This document shows positions 1 through 10,127 of a stretch of DNA of 64,000 nt, one piece after another. The notes under the pieces were generated by a model. That model did not search any database. It was not told the origin of the DNA and saw only the letters and a program-made list of their open reading frames with translations. Numbering within the stretch: position 1 is the stretch's first letter; every line of letters begins with the position of its first letter. The position numbers and the translations under genes are program-made. The stretch is from Candidatus Woesebacteria bacterium (GTDB lineage Bacteria; Patescibacteriota; Microgenomatia; UBA12405): NCBI GenBank assembly GCA_035402805.1, contig DAONDY010000001.1, forward strand, positions 253,672-317,671. Reading direction: 5' to 3'.

Positions 1-994
1 TAGATACGAAGCCGCTTGTGCCTCTGGTTCTGTTGCTATAGATGCCGCTTCATCAAAGATAAAAACAGGGGATTATGACGTTGCAATTGTTTTAGGAATC
101 GAATTAATGAAAACTGTAGATTCACAAATTGGAGGAGATTTTTTAGGTACTGCCGCATATTACCAAAAAGAGGCTAAAAATATAAGTTTTCCTTTTCCTA
201 AACTTTTTGGTCAATTAGCTGATGTTTATATTAAAAAATATTCTTTAGATGAAAAAAGATATCTAAACTGTTTATCTAAAATTTCAGCTATCAATTACGA
301 TAATGCCAAAAAAAATCCTAACGCTCAAACCAGAAGTTGGTTTATGAACGAAGAACATGCTGAAAACCGTAATAGTAAAAGCAACATGTTAGTTGGAGGC
401 AAGTTAGCCATTGCTGATTGTTCGCAAGTCACTGACGGAGCTGCCGTTGTCGTTTTGTGTTCCAAAAAATATTTATCAGAATACAAAACAAAAAGAAAAC
501 TAACTAATAAAAATTTCTCCGAAATTACTGGTTGGGGACATCGAGTTGCTCCCATTCAGTTCTCCGAAAAAATAAAAGAATCTAAAGATAGTCCTTTTGT
601 TTTACCATGGACAAGACAAGCTGTATTAGACGCTCTAAAAAGAGCTAATCTTAAAGAAAAGGAGATTGATGTTTACGAAACTCACGACTGTTTCACTTCA
701 AGTGAATATGCTGCCATATCTGCTTTTGGACTAACAAAACCAGGAGAAGAATACAAAGCAATCGAAAATGGTTTGATTAGTTTTAATGGCAAAAAACCAA
801 TAAATCCAAGTGGTGGATTAATTGGTTGCGGTCATCCAGTCGGTGCTACAGGAGTTAGAATGTTACTCGATTTACATAAACAAATAACTAAAACAGCTGG
901 TAATTATCAAGTCAAAAAAGCTAATCACGCCATGATGTTAAACATCGGTGGATCAGCAACTACGAATTTTGTATTTATAGTAAGCAAACTATAA
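1..994 (+). CDS. thiolase-family protein (acetyl-CoA acetyltransferase / SCP-x-like), 5'-truncated at window edge
   Basis: The frame is open from position 2 ([10 protein letters not shown]..., a thiolase-type active-site Cys motif). The C-terminal [10 protein letters not shown] motif is typical of thiolases. ORF track 107..994 is the in-frame continuation. Confidence 0.6.
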   Translation, partial: RYEAACASGSVAIDAASSKIKTGDYDVAIVLGIELMKTVDSQIGGDFLGTAAYYQKEAKNISFPFPKLFGQLADVYIKKYSLDEKRYLNCLSKISAINYDNAKKNPNAQTRSWFMNEEHAENRNSKSNMLVGGKLAIADCSQVTDGAAVVVLCSKKYLSEYKTKRKLTNKNFSEITGWGHRVAPIQFSEKIKESKDSPFVLPWTRQAVLDALKRANLKEKEIDVYETHDCFTSSEYAAISAFGLTKPGEEYKAIENGLISFNGKKPINPSGGLIGCGHPVGATGVRMLLDLHKQITKTAGNYQVKKANHAMMLNIGGSATTNFVFIVSKL

Positions 995-1069
995 TCTAAC
1001 CTTTTCCCCATTTCCTTCCTCAACACCAAAACTATTTTGTATTTATGCTAACATTTTGTATCTAACCCT

Positions 1070-1732
1070 ATGTCTAGCAAAATTAAAAAAATAATCTTTT
1101 CCCTTCTTGCCATAGTCTTGTCCATTCTAGTCTATTTTTATCAACAAATTAAGACATACCAAAAACAACAAGATTTAATTTTAGTAACTGAAGTTTTGGA
1201 TGGAGATACTTTAGTAATCGCCCCCAACCAAAGTATCAGATTGGCCAACATTGACACTCCCGAAATCAATTTATGCCTTGGTCAAAACGCTAAAGACTTT
1301 TTAACAAATTTAATCCTTAATAAAAGAGTTAACATTGTAAGTGTTGGCAGAGATGCTTATAAAAGAACTATAGCTCTAATTTATTTACCAGATGGTCAAC
1401 TAGTTAACGAAATTGTGGCTTTAAATGGAATGGGTATCTACACCAGCACTAATACTAAGGAAAAAGAAAAAATAAATTTAGCAATAGAATCTGCCAGAGA
1501 TAAAAAGATTGGCATCTTTAGCCAAGTTTGTTCTCAAACAGAAAACATTGATAATTCTAAATGCAATATCAAAGGCAACATTGGTAAACATGACAGAGAA
1601 AAATATTACCATTTGCCCGAATGTGCTGAATACAATCGAACCGTGGTTGAACTACATCTAGGTGAAAAATGGTTTTGTAATGAAAAAGAAGCCATCGAGT
1701 CTGGATATAAAAAGTCTAAAAATTGTCCTTAA
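1070..1732 (+). CDS. thermonuclease (staphylococcal nuclease/SNase-like), membrane-anchored, with Cys-rich C-terminal extension
   Basis: N-terminal hydrophobic helix. SNase-like LDGDTL...R..N.DTPE and GRD.Y.R motifs. C-terminal C..KGNI...YHLP.C..Y....E..FC.EKEA tail. Confidence 0.6.
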   Translation: MSSKIKKIIFSLLAIVLSILVYFYQQIKTYQKQQDLILVTEVLDGDTLVIAPNQSIRLANIDTPEINLCLGQNAKDFLTNLILNKRVNIVSVGRDAYKRTIALIYLPDGQLVNEIVALNGMGIYTSTNTKEKEKINLAIESARDKKIGIFSQVCSQTENIDNSKCNIKGNIGKHDREKYYHLPECAEYNRTVVELHLGEKWFCNEKEAIESGYKKSKNCP

Positions 1733-2394
1733 GCTTTTATAAAGCAGGCCTCTCCAAGCATACCCGCCATCAATCCCTCTGTTTTTTCTAAGATCACAAC
1801 AACACTAAAGATTCCCGCCTTCTTATTTGAATAGGGGAGTATTAATTTAGTTTTTCCTTTCAATTTCTCTCCGACTGAAGTCAGTGAAATTTCCATCTCT
1901 TTCTCTTCTTCAAATTTAGATAAATCATCTTGACTTATTTCAAACTCAAAATAAAAAGAAGCGGTATCTAATATTTTAAAAGGGGAAGAGGCTGGAGAAA
2001 CATAAAGCCCAGCAACGATATCGCTGTCATCAACAACAACCCCACTTACTGGCGAAAATAATTCAACTTGATCCAATTTTGCCTTGGCCAGCTCCACTGA
2101 TCTGACACTTAAATCCAACGAGGCTTGTTTTTGTTTTTTTGAAAATCTACCCAGATCATCACTTGGTTCGCCTGCCTTAAGTCCATAGGCGTCAAAATCA
2201 GCTCTTACCTTTTCATAATCTAAAAGCTCACAGTCTAACTCTTTTTGTAAAACATTTTTGTCAAGACTAGCTATTAAATTTCCTTTTGAAACTATATCTC
2301 CACTTCTTTTGGCCACGTGTGACACCATTCCAGACGTGGCAAATCTAACTTCTACAATTCTTGCTTTTATTTCACCTTTGTATATATCAGCCAT
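1729..2394 (-). CDS. HlyD/membrane-fusion-protein-like periplasmic adaptor fragment (biotin-lipoyl-like N-domain)
   Basis: Sequence pattern resembles efflux-adaptor lipoyl/beta-barrel domains. There is no obvious signal peptide. GC is slightly elevated. Overlaps the nuclease gene end by 4 nt (convergent). Confidence 0.35.
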   Translation of the reverse strand: MADIYKGEIKARIVEVRFATSGMVSHVAKRSGDIVSKGNLIASLDKNVLQKELDCELLDYEKVRADFDAYGLKAGEPSDDLGRFSKKQKQASLDLSVRSVELAKAKLDQVELFSPVSGVVVDDSDIVAGLYVSPASSPFKILDTASFYFEFEISQDDLSKFEEEKEMEISLTSVGEKLKGKTKLILPYSNKKAGIFSVVVILEKTEGLMAGMLGEACFIKA

Positions 2395-2472
2395 ACTAAA
2401 AAATTATAACAAATATTACATTTTAAATAATAGATAAATATGTGCGGTTATGATCTATAATCAATTATCTTT

Positions 2473-4194
2473 ATGATAAAAAAAATCTCCCCCTTTTTCA
2501 CTTTTTTTATTCCTTTTATTTTTTCTTTTCTCTCTCAACGTCTAGTCATTGGCAGGGGATATGAATTCACTCAAAATAATATCTCTATTATTTTGATTAA
2601 TTACGTACTTTGGTTAGGCATTTATCTCTTTTTTATTTCCATTTTCAAAAAAAATTACCAATCAATTTTTGGCTTTTTAATTTTCTTTATAATTTTTACT
2701 CTTGCCAATCGTTATAAAAGCAAACTTTTAAATCAACCAGTAACTGCCAATGATTTTTATCTTTTAAAAAATCTTCTTATATTTTTACCTGATATTTTTA
2801 ACCAGCCAAACATCAAAAAAGAATTAATTGCTTCCGTAATTGCTCTATTTTTCTTTTTTTTCGCTATCAAAAAAATCTTTTATTTTCAAAACCCATCCAT
2901 AAAAATAAAATTATTTCTATTACCATTATCAATTTTTATCTTAACTTTTTCTTTTTTCTTTCCTAATAAATTCAATCTTCTTATTTCTGACATTGGGATA
3001 AACCCTGATGTTTCCAATCCCATGAACAGTTGTAAACAAAATGGTGCTTTATTTTGTTTTTATGATGATTTAAAAAAAATTAAAAATCCTGCTCCTAAAA
3101 ATTACAATCAATCCACCATTCAGCAAATTTACTCAAATATAAAACTTGATGAACTTTATAAACTTGATGAACTTTCAACTAAACCTAATATCATTGTCGT
3201 TCTTTCTGAAGCTCTTTGGGATCCGACTCTTTTATCAAACGTTAAAATTACCCAAGATCCAATTAAAAATATTAGACCCGATATCAAGTCCACCTTAATT
3301 TCTCCTACTTATGGTGGAGGCACTGCTAATGTGGAATTTGAAATTGCCACTGGTTTAAGTGCTTATTTTTTAACCGGCAAAATTGCTTACAGTCAATCCA
3401 TTCGCCAGGATATGCCTAGTATTTTTTCTTTATTTGAAGAAAATGGTTATTCAACTGCCGCCATTCATCCTTTCGTCAAATCCACTTATAATCGCACCAC
3501 TGTTTACAAGCATTTTGGTGTCGATAAATTTATCGGAGTTGAAGATATGAAGAATTACGAAAAAGCCGGGCCTTTTGTTTCCGATAAATCTTTTGCCCAA
3601 GAAATCATCAAACAATTAAATTCAACTGATCAGCCTCAATTTATTTTTACTTTATCCATGCAAAATCACTTTCCTTTTGAAGCCGATCGTTTTTCTGAAC
3701 ATCCAATTGATTTTTCCAGCAACCTCGACACTGAAAGTCATAAATCTCTCCAGAGTTATATTGATGGAATAAATTTAAGCGATAAATCTTATCAGGATTT
3801 AAAAACAGAAATTGAAAAATCAAAAAAACCAACAATTCTAATCGTTTATGGCGACCATCTTCCTTTGCTCGGCGATGATTTTGACATTTATAAAAAAACT
3901 GGCTTTTACCAAGATAATGATTTAAAAATGTATTCCACTCCTGTTGCCATTTGGTCAAACTTTAAAACAAATTTAGATTTACCAAAATTAATCAGTCCTA
4001 ACTTTTTATCCTTAGAAATATTAAAATTAGCCCAAATAAAACCAAAATATCAATATTCTTTTTTAGAAAGTATTGAAAAAACCGATACTGTTTTAAAACA
4101 AAACTTTTCTACAAAATTAACCAAAGAACAACTAGAAAATTACGAACTTATTCAATATGACCTTGTTTCAGGTAAAAAATACGGAATAAAATAG
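2473..4194 (+). CDS. LTA-synthase family membrane protein (N-terminal polytopic domain + C-terminal sulfatase/alkaline-phosphatase-like domain)
   Basis: Multiple TM helices in the first ~180 aa, then a sulfatase-like core (IIVVLSEALWDP...TYGGGTANVEFE). Confidence 0.7.
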   Translation: MIKKISPFFTFFIPFIFSFLSQRLVIGRGYEFTQNNISIILINYVLWLGIYLFFISIFKKNYQSIFGFLIFFIIFTLANRYKSKLLNQPVTANDFYLLKNLLIFLPDIFNQPNIKKELIASVIALFFFFFAIKKIFYFQNPSIKIKLFLLPLSIFILTFSFFFPNKFNLLISDIGINPDVSNPMNSCKQNGALFCFYDDLKKIKNPAPKNYNQSTIQQIYSNIKLDELYKLDELSTKPNIIVVLSEALWDPTLLSNVKITQDPIKNIRPDIKSTLISPTYGGGTANVEFEIATGLSAYFLTGKIAYSQSIRQDMPSIFSLFEENGYSTAAIHPFVKSTYNRTTVYKHFGVDKFIGVEDMKNYEKAGPFVSDKSFAQEIIKQLNSTDQPQFIFTLSMQNHFPFEADRFSEHPIDFSSNLDTESHKSLQSYIDGINLSDKSYQDLKTEIEKSKKPTILIVYGDHLPLLGDDFDIYKKTGFYQDNDLKMYSTPVAIWSNFKTNLDLPKLISPNFLSLEILKLAQIKPKYQYSFLESIEKTDTVLKQNFSTKLTKEQLENYELIQYDLVSGKKYGIK

Positions 4195-4234
4195 TTAAAA
4201 GTTAAAAGTCGAAAGTTTATCAAGTAAAAACAAA

Positions 4235-4594
4235 TTATAATTTTTTAATTAAACCAGAAATTATCTTAGAAATTTCTATAGATTTTGTATAAAAATTATT
4301 AAAATCGCTATTTGAAATATAATTTAAAGATAAAGCCAAATAAAGCATTGATCTTACCTCTCCACAAGAACCTTTTGATATAAACAAAAATTTTTTAAAA
4401 TCTTTATTAGTCTCTTTTTCATATCCTTCAGCAATATTATTCATAATTGAAACAGCTGCTCTTAATATTTGATCTTTAAACGAATAATCTTTACAAAAAA
4501 TAAAATTTTTATAGATATCTAAAACAAAAACTTTAGCCTTTTGCCAAACTAAAATATCTTCAAATCTCTCTATCGTCATGTAAAATTGTAACAA
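4235..4594 (-). CDS. four-helix-bundle protein (23S rRNA IVS-protein family, TIGR02436-like)
   Basis: 119 aa with the characteristic W.KA..L...IY......P..E.....QLRRAA.SI..NIAEG pattern. Confidence 0.75.
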   Translation of the reverse strand: MLQFYMTIERFEDILVWQKAKVFVLDIYKNFIFCKDYSFKDQILRAAVSIMNNIAEGYEKETNKDFKKFLFISKGSCGEVRSMLYLALSLNYISNSDFNNFYTKSIEISKIISGLIKKL

Positions 4595-4783
4595 ACTTTA
4601 CAAACTTTACAAACTTTCAACTTGATGAACTTTTTTGTGCTAAAATACCACTACTATCAAGCAAAAGCGCTTTGTAGTAGGTTCTTTAAAAGCAAAGGGA
4701 AGGGAGGCAGCCAATAATGTCACCATAGCTTCTAGTGTTTCTCAAACCAATTCACCTCAAAAGACAGAAGGGAAGGTATCAGA

Positions 4784-4975
4784 ATGGGAAACAGTTCTCA
4801 AAGGGTTAACCGTTTGCAAAAGCTGTTAAAAAAGAGAGGTCCTATGACATTGGAACAAATTTCTGATGAGACAGGTATGAGATACAACCGATGCAGAAGG
4901 ATTTTGAAGCAAAATTTTTTTCAAGTAGAAATCGGGAGCAACAAAAAATGGGCTGTAAGTCAGTTAGATAAATAA
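4784..4975 (+). CDS. small hypothetical protein with HTH-like segment (MTLEQISDETGMRYNRCRRIL)
   Basis: 63 aa ORF preceded by a strong SD (GGGAAGG, 7 nt before ATG). Local GC is higher than surroundings. A hairpin terminator follows. Confidence 0.3.
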   Translation: MGNSSQRVNRLQKLLKKRGPMTLEQISDETGMRYNRCRRILKQNFFQVEIGSNKKWAVSQLDK

Positions 4976-4996
4976 CACCTTCTTCCTTTGAAACAA

Positions 4997-5046
4997 AAAG
5001 CCGACAGGTTTATGTATTTTTTTATTCTCTGCCGGCTTTTCTTTTG
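4997..5046 (+). terminator. candidate rho-independent terminator (AAAGCCGACAG ... CTGCCGGCTTT + TTCTTTT)
   Basis: 10/11-bp inverted repeat with ~20-nt loop, followed by a T-rich run, downstream of the small ORF and upstream of ugd. Confidence 0.4.
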
Positions 5047-5141
5047 GTAAAAATTTGAAATTATATTAACTTATCTTTTTCCCCTCATTTCCTCAAGGGA
5101 GGGGATCAGAAGGGTGGGTTTTATATGTTATATTATTCCAT

Positions 5142-6437
5142 ATGAACAAAATCGCAGTTGTTGGAGTCGGTTATGTCGGCTTAGTTACTAGCACCTGTTT
5201 TGCCGAACTTGGAAATAAAGTTATCGGAGTTGATATTAATCAAAAAAAAATCAGTAATTTAAACAAAGGTATTATTCCTATCTACGAAAAAGGGTTAACC
5301 GAGTTGGTTAGAAAAAACTATAGTTCAGGTAATTTATCTTTTACCACTGATATTAATAAAGCCGTTAAAGCTTCAGATATTATTTTTGTTGCTGTTGGCA
5401 CCCCGCCAATGCCAGATGGCAGTGTTAATTTGGAATATGTTAAAGCTGCTGCCGAATCGATTGGTAAAGCCATGAATGGTTATAAAGTGATTATAAATAA
5501 GTCAACTGTTCCCATTGGCACTGGCAGTTTTGTTGAAAGAATTATTCAGCAAAATTATAAAGGTAAATTTGATATCGTTTCTAATCCTGAATTTTTAAGA
5601 GAGGGGAGCGCTGTTAGTGATTTTATGCATCCCGATCGAATTGTCATCGGCACTAGTTCTAAAAAAGCCAGGAAAATTGTCAATGAACTTTATGCCCCTC
5701 AAAACTCAACTATTGTTAATACCAACACTAAAACTGCTGAACTGATTAAATATGCCTCCAATGCCTTCTTAGCCACTGAAATTTCCTTTATAAACTCTAT
5801 TGCCAACATTTGTGAAAAAATTGGCGCCAATATTACTAAAGTTTCCAAAGGAATGAGACTTGATAACAGAATTGGACCTAAAGCCTTTTTAACCGCTGGA
5901 ATTGGTTACGGTGGCAGCTGTTTTCCCAAAGATGTTAAAGGCTTAATCCAAATTGCTCACGAAAACGGTGTTCGTTTTAGTATTCTTGATGCTGTTGAAG
6001 ACACTAATTTAGCCCAAAAACAATCTCTTTTACCCAAAATTCAATCTCTCCTTGGTGAAGATCTGCATGGTAAAAATATCACCGTTTGGGGATTGGCTTT
6101 TAAACCAAAAACAGATGATGTTCGCGAATCACCATCATTAGTTGTCGTTAGACAACTCCTCGACCGCGATGCCACAGTTACTGTTGTCGATCCAATTGCC
6201 ACTAATCAAGCAAAATTAATTTTAAAAGACACTGTTAAATACGAAAAAGATTTAATCAAATCAGTTACCGGTGCCGATTGTTTAATTATTGCCACTGATT
6301 GGCCAGAATTTAAGGCTATTGATTTAAAACAATTAAAAAAATCAATGAAAAAAACCAATATCGTCGACGGTAGAAATATTTTTAATAAAAGAAAAATAAA
6401 GAAACTTGGTTTTAAATATTTATCTGTTGGTCGATAA
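5142..6437 (+). CDS. ugd: UDP-glucose 6-dehydrogenase (nucleotide-sugar dehydrogenase family)
   Basis: N-terminal Rossmann motif VVGVGYVGL and catalytic GGSCFPKD motif. 431 aa. Confidence 0.85.
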   Translation: MNKIAVVGVGYVGLVTSTCFAELGNKVIGVDINQKKISNLNKGIIPIYEKGLTELVRKNYSSGNLSFTTDINKAVKASDIIFVAVGTPPMPDGSVNLEYVKAAAESIGKAMNGYKVIINKSTVPIGTGSFVERIIQQNYKGKFDIVSNPEFLREGSAVSDFMHPDRIVIGTSSKKARKIVNELYAPQNSTIVNTNTKTAELIKYASNAFLATEISFINSIANICEKIGANITKVSKGMRLDNRIGPKAFLTAGIGYGGSCFPKDVKGLIQIAHENGVRFSILDAVEDTNLAQKQSLLPKIQSLLGEDLHGKNITVWGLAFKPKTDDVRESPSLVVVRQLLDRDATVTVVDPIATNQAKLILKDTVKYEKDLIKSVTGADCLIIATDWPEFKAIDLKQLKKSMKKTNIVDGRNIFNKRKIKKLGFKYLSVGR

Positions 6438-6442
6438 TTTTT

Positions 6443-7951
6443 ATGAAATTCATTAAAAAATATCAACACTTAATAATCGCTTGTTTTTTGTTTTTAATAA
6501 TTTCAATTGTTTATCTCTACAAAATAATTCCTTCTTATAATTATGATTCTGATTTTGGTCGAGATTTAAATGACATTCTCCAAATAACCAGAGGCAAAAT
6601 GTCTTTAATTGGGCCAAAATTAAGTTTTGGCGGAATTCATGCTGGACCGTATTACTATTATCTCTTTGCTCCAGTTTTAAAAATATTCAGCCTTAAACCA
6701 GAATCCATGATTATTTTTAATGCCCTTATTTTCTTGATTATTCTGGCCATTTCTTTTGGAATAATTTTAAAAAGCAATTTAAAGAATAAATATTCTTGGC
6801 TTTTGGGAGCTACTTGGATTTTTCTAAGCCCGTTTATGATTTATTCCGGCAGGAGACCAGGCAATGCTTTTTCCTATCTGGCTTTATTATTTGTTCTTTT
6901 AATAATCTTTCCTTGGGTATTAAACAAAAATAAACTATTTTTAGGATTAATTTACGGATTTTTTGTCGGAGTTGTCATTAACTTTCATCTAATTAATCTT
7001 CTCATCTTTACTCCGCTTATTTTGATTACTTTTGTTTTTTATATCTTTAAAAAGGACTGGAAGAAAATTCTTTTAACTTTCTTAATGTGTTTGGGCATTT
7101 TAATTTCTTTTGGACCGCTTTTACTTTTTGAAGCCCGTCATAATTTTGTCCAATTTAAGAATACTTTTATTGACAAATCCTACATTATGTTTGTTGATAA
7201 TAAAAATCTCGTCGATCCACTCCCAACTTCTTCAAATCGTTTATTAAATTTTTGGTTGCTTCAAAAACATTTCACTACTTGGTCTCAAATTTCTTTTTTA
7301 GTTCTTTTTATCCTAACTATAGTTCTTTTAATAATTAGATGGAAAAAAATCGATTTTCCAACCAAAATTTATATTTTTTCCTCTCTCTTTGCTTTTATCT
7401 TATTAGTACTTATAGCTAAATCACAAGTCGCCATCCACTACTTCTTTCCTTTTATTCTAGCTATCCAGGTCTCCTTAATAATTTTAATTAGCAATTTATC
7501 TCCCAAAATTTCTTCCAAAATATTTTTATTATTTTTAATAATCAGTTTAATAAAATTCCCTAAATGGTTTTATAGTCCAGTCACTAGAACCATTGATAAT
7601 TATCGAAATTTTACTAATAAGTTAACTTCTTCTGACTTATTTAAAAACATTGATTCTCAAATTAATGTCTTTTGCGCCCGAGAAACTCCAGTTGCTATTC
7701 TTGGCTGGGAATATCGTTATTTTATGGAATTAAACGGTTATAAGGTGTTAGCCCCAACATTATTTAATCAAGCCAATCAACTCTTGATTATTAAAGAAGC
7801 CAGAAATTCAGATAATATTGATTCCCTAAAATCTTGGGAATTAGACGAATTTGGACCAAGGGTTCTAAATAAAACTATTGAGATTGACGGCCGAAAGATT
7901 TTTTTGTTCGATAAAAAAACATCATCAACACCAAAACAACAAACTCGCTGA
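6443..7951 (+). CDS. polytopic membrane glycosyltransferase (GT39/GT83, ArnT/PMT-like)
   Basis: Around 12 predicted TM helices. YDSDFGRD acidic loop after TM1. Typical architecture and context within a glycan locus. Confidence 0.5.
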   Translation: MKFIKKYQHLIIACFLFLIISIVYLYKIIPSYNYDSDFGRDLNDILQITRGKMSLIGPKLSFGGIHAGPYYYYLFAPVLKIFSLKPESMIIFNALIFLIILAISFGIILKSNLKNKYSWLLGATWIFLSPFMIYSGRRPGNAFSYLALLFVLLIIFPWVLNKNKLFLGLIYGFFVGVVINFHLINLLIFTPLILITFVFYIFKKDWKKILLTFLMCLGILISFGPLLLFEARHNFVQFKNTFIDKSYIMFVDNKNLVDPLPTSSNRLLNFWLLQKHFTTWSQISFLVLFILTIVLLIIRWKKIDFPTKIYIFSSLFAFILLVLIAKSQVAIHYFFPFILAIQVSLIILISNLSPKISSKIFLLFLIISLIKFPKWFYSPVTRTIDNYRNFTNKLTSSDLFKNIDSQINVFCARETPVAILGWEYRYFMELNGYKVLAPTLFNQANQLLIIKEARNSDNIDSLKSWELDEFGPRVLNKTIEIDGRKIFLFDKKTSSTPKQQTR

Positions 7952-9152
7952 TCACCAAACTCCAACCGCCTTGGACAAATCCTAATTTAGGAATTAAGAA
8001 ATAATTTATTGTTAAATTAAACAAAGTTCCTATTAGAATTGACCAAAAAACCATATTCTGTTTATGTTTTATCACCAATAAATTTCCCATAAAAACCCTA
8101 AAATAATTAATCACTCCCGACCAAACTAATAAGCTCATGACTTTAGCCGCCACCATGAATGATTGGCCATAAATTAACTTCATAATTAGTTCTCTTTGCC
8201 AAGTAATAACTATAGCCAATGGTATTAACCCCAAAAGAGACAATATGGTTACTAATTTGATTATTTTTTTGGCTGTATCTTCCTTGTTTTCATGAAATAA
8301 AATTGTCAGTCTGGGAAAAACCACATAATTGACCACATTAATGCTCTGAAAAGCAAACAATATTTTATAAGCAGTCTGATAAAAACCGACTTGATCATTA
8401 CCAAAATATCGGCCAATTAACAAAGTATCATTATTGGCATAAATAACCATTGCTGCCGTCATTCCCAAAAGTGGCAACGTTTCTTTAATTATTTCTTTCC
8501 AAAAACTGAAATCAAAAATTATTTTAATTTTTATTTTTAATAAATATGATTGCCAGATTCCCACCATTATTGTCAACACGGCTGACATTCCATACCCCAA
8601 AACTAAATTTATAGCACTTCCATTATTTTTAATTACCAACAAAGCAGAAACTAAAACTCCAACATAAAAAACCATTCTATTTAAAAACACCATTTCCATT
8701 CTTTCCCAAGCCTGAAAAATAGAAATAAAAAGTGTTTGAAAACCCTGAATTAAGCTATAAATCAAGGTCGCCACCAATAATTCAATTGAAACTGGTTTGT
8801 TAACAAACAAAAATGAAGCCGCAAAAAATAGTCCAATTACTAACGATAAAAGCAGTTTTAAACCAATTAAATTTCCTAAATATTTTTCGCTTAAATCTTT
8901 ACGCTTGGCCACTTCTCTAGTGGTAATTGTTGATAAACCAAAATCTGCCAAAATCATAAAAATAGATACATAAGCAGAAGCCAAATTGAAAGCTCCAAAT
9001 TCCTTTGCTCCCCAATATCTGACCAAACCAACAACTACAAAAAACAATAAAATCTTAGAAAAAAATTCAACTGCCCCCAACCAAAAAACATTTTTTATTA
9101 ATATCTTTTTATTAGACATTCTTTTTAAATTGTTTGTGCCAATTCCAAGCAC
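7875..9152 (-). CDS. wzx: polysaccharide/O-antigen flippase (Wzx, MOP superfamily)
   Basis: 425 aa polytopic protein with Wzx-family N-terminal pattern (KNVFWLGAVEFFSKILLF...). Confidence 0.7.
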   Translation of the reverse strand: MLGIGTNNLKRMSNKKILIKNVFWLGAVEFFSKILLFFVVVGLVRYWGAKEFGAFNLASAYVSIFMILADFGLSTITTREVAKRKDLSEKYLGNLIGLKLLLSLVIGLFFAASFLFVNKPVSIELLVATLIYSLIQGFQTLFISIFQAWERMEMVFLNRMVFYVGVLVSALLVIKNNGSAINLVLGYGMSAVLTIMVGIWQSYLLKIKIKIIFDFSFWKEIIKETLPLLGMTAAMVIYANNDTLLIGRYFGNDQVGFYQTAYKILFAFQSINVVNYVVFPRLTILFHENKEDTAKKIIKLVTILSLLGLIPLAIVITWQRELIMKLIYGQSFMVAAKVMSLLVWSGVINYFRVFMGNLLVIKHKQNMVFWSILIGTLFNLTINYFLIPKLGFVQGGWSLVISEFVVLVLMMFFYRTKKSFGRQSQ

Positions 9153-10089
9153 TGGTCATTATGGTTTTCAAATCAAAATATTTGGGTTCCCATTTTAAAA
9201 TTTCTTTAGCCTTCTTGGAATCAGCAATAAGCTCTGGAGGATCACCAGCTCGCCTATCTTTAGGTGTAACTTTAAAATCAATCCCCGTAACTTCTTTTGC
9301 CATATCAATAACCTCTTTAACTGAAAATCCTTTACCATTTCCCAAGTTAAAACAGTCACTTTTACCACCCTCCATTAGGTATTTAAGCGCCAAAACATGA
9401 GCCTCGGCTAAATCAGTCACATGAATGTAATCACGAATACAGGTACCATCTGGAGTTGGATAATCAGTTCCAAAAATTCCAATTTCCTCTCTAGCCCCAA
9501 TGGCGGCATCAAGAGTTAAGGGGATTAGATTTGAACTGCTTCCTTGCCATTCTCCGGTTTCACTTTCTAAATCAGCTCCACAAGCATTGAAATATCTCAA
9601 AGCCACATATCTGAAATCATAAGCCGTTGAATAGTCGCGCATGATATGTTCCACCATTAATTTTGTTTCTCCATAAGGATTAATTGGAGATTGTGGGTGT
9701 TTTTCATCAATTGGAATATATTGAGGATTGCCGAATGTTGCTGCTGACGAAGAAAAGATAAATTTATTGACATTATTTTCTCTCATCACTTTAAATAAAT
9801 TTAAAGTATTAGCCACATTATTTAAATAATATTTTTGCGGGTCAACCACCGATTCTCCCACTGCTTTAAAAGCGGCAAAATGTAAAACTGCTTCGATTGG
9901 ATATTTTTTAAAAACTTCTCTGATATTTTCTATGTTTCCCAAATCACCCTCAAAAAATTCACCCCATTTAACTAATTCTTTTTTACCACTCGATAAATTA
10001 TCAAAAACAACAGTTTTAAATCCTTGTTCAGTTAATTCTTTATTTATGTGGGATCCGATATATCCCGCTCCGCCAACAATCAAAATCAT
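9112..10089 (-). CDS. galE: UDP-glucose 4-epimerase
   Basis: GGAGYIGSH Rossmann motif, YGETK catalytic motif. 325 aa. Confidence 0.85.
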   Translation of the reverse strand: MILIVGGAGYIGSHINKELTEQGFKTVVFDNLSSGKKELVKWGEFFEGDLGNIENIREVFKKYPIEAVLHFAAFKAVGESVVDPQKYYLNNVANTLNLFKVMRENNVNKFIFSSSAATFGNPQYIPIDEKHPQSPINPYGETKLMVEHIMRDYSTAYDFRYVALRYFNACGADLESETGEWQGSSSNLIPLTLDAAIGAREEIGIFGTDYPTPDGTCIRDYIHVTDLAEAHVLALKYLMEGGKSDCFNLGNGKGFSVKEVIDMAKEVTGIDFKVTPKDRRAGDPPELIADSKKAKEILKWEPKYFDLKTIMTSAWNWHKQFKKNV

Positions 10090-10127
10090 AGAAATATTAT
10101 TAATTTTTAATTACTAAATTTTACCAT

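Noticed and set aside
325-555. Antisense ORFs inside well-supported genes (e.g. 325..555-, 3647..3958-, 6206..6469-, 17648..17848+, 29508..29756+, 33156..33350-, 37884..38204-, 46843..47064-, 49479..49667-)
   Set aside because: They lie fully within, and opposite or out of frame to, genes with clear conserved motifs. Low-complexity translations typical of shadow ORFs in AT-rich DNA.
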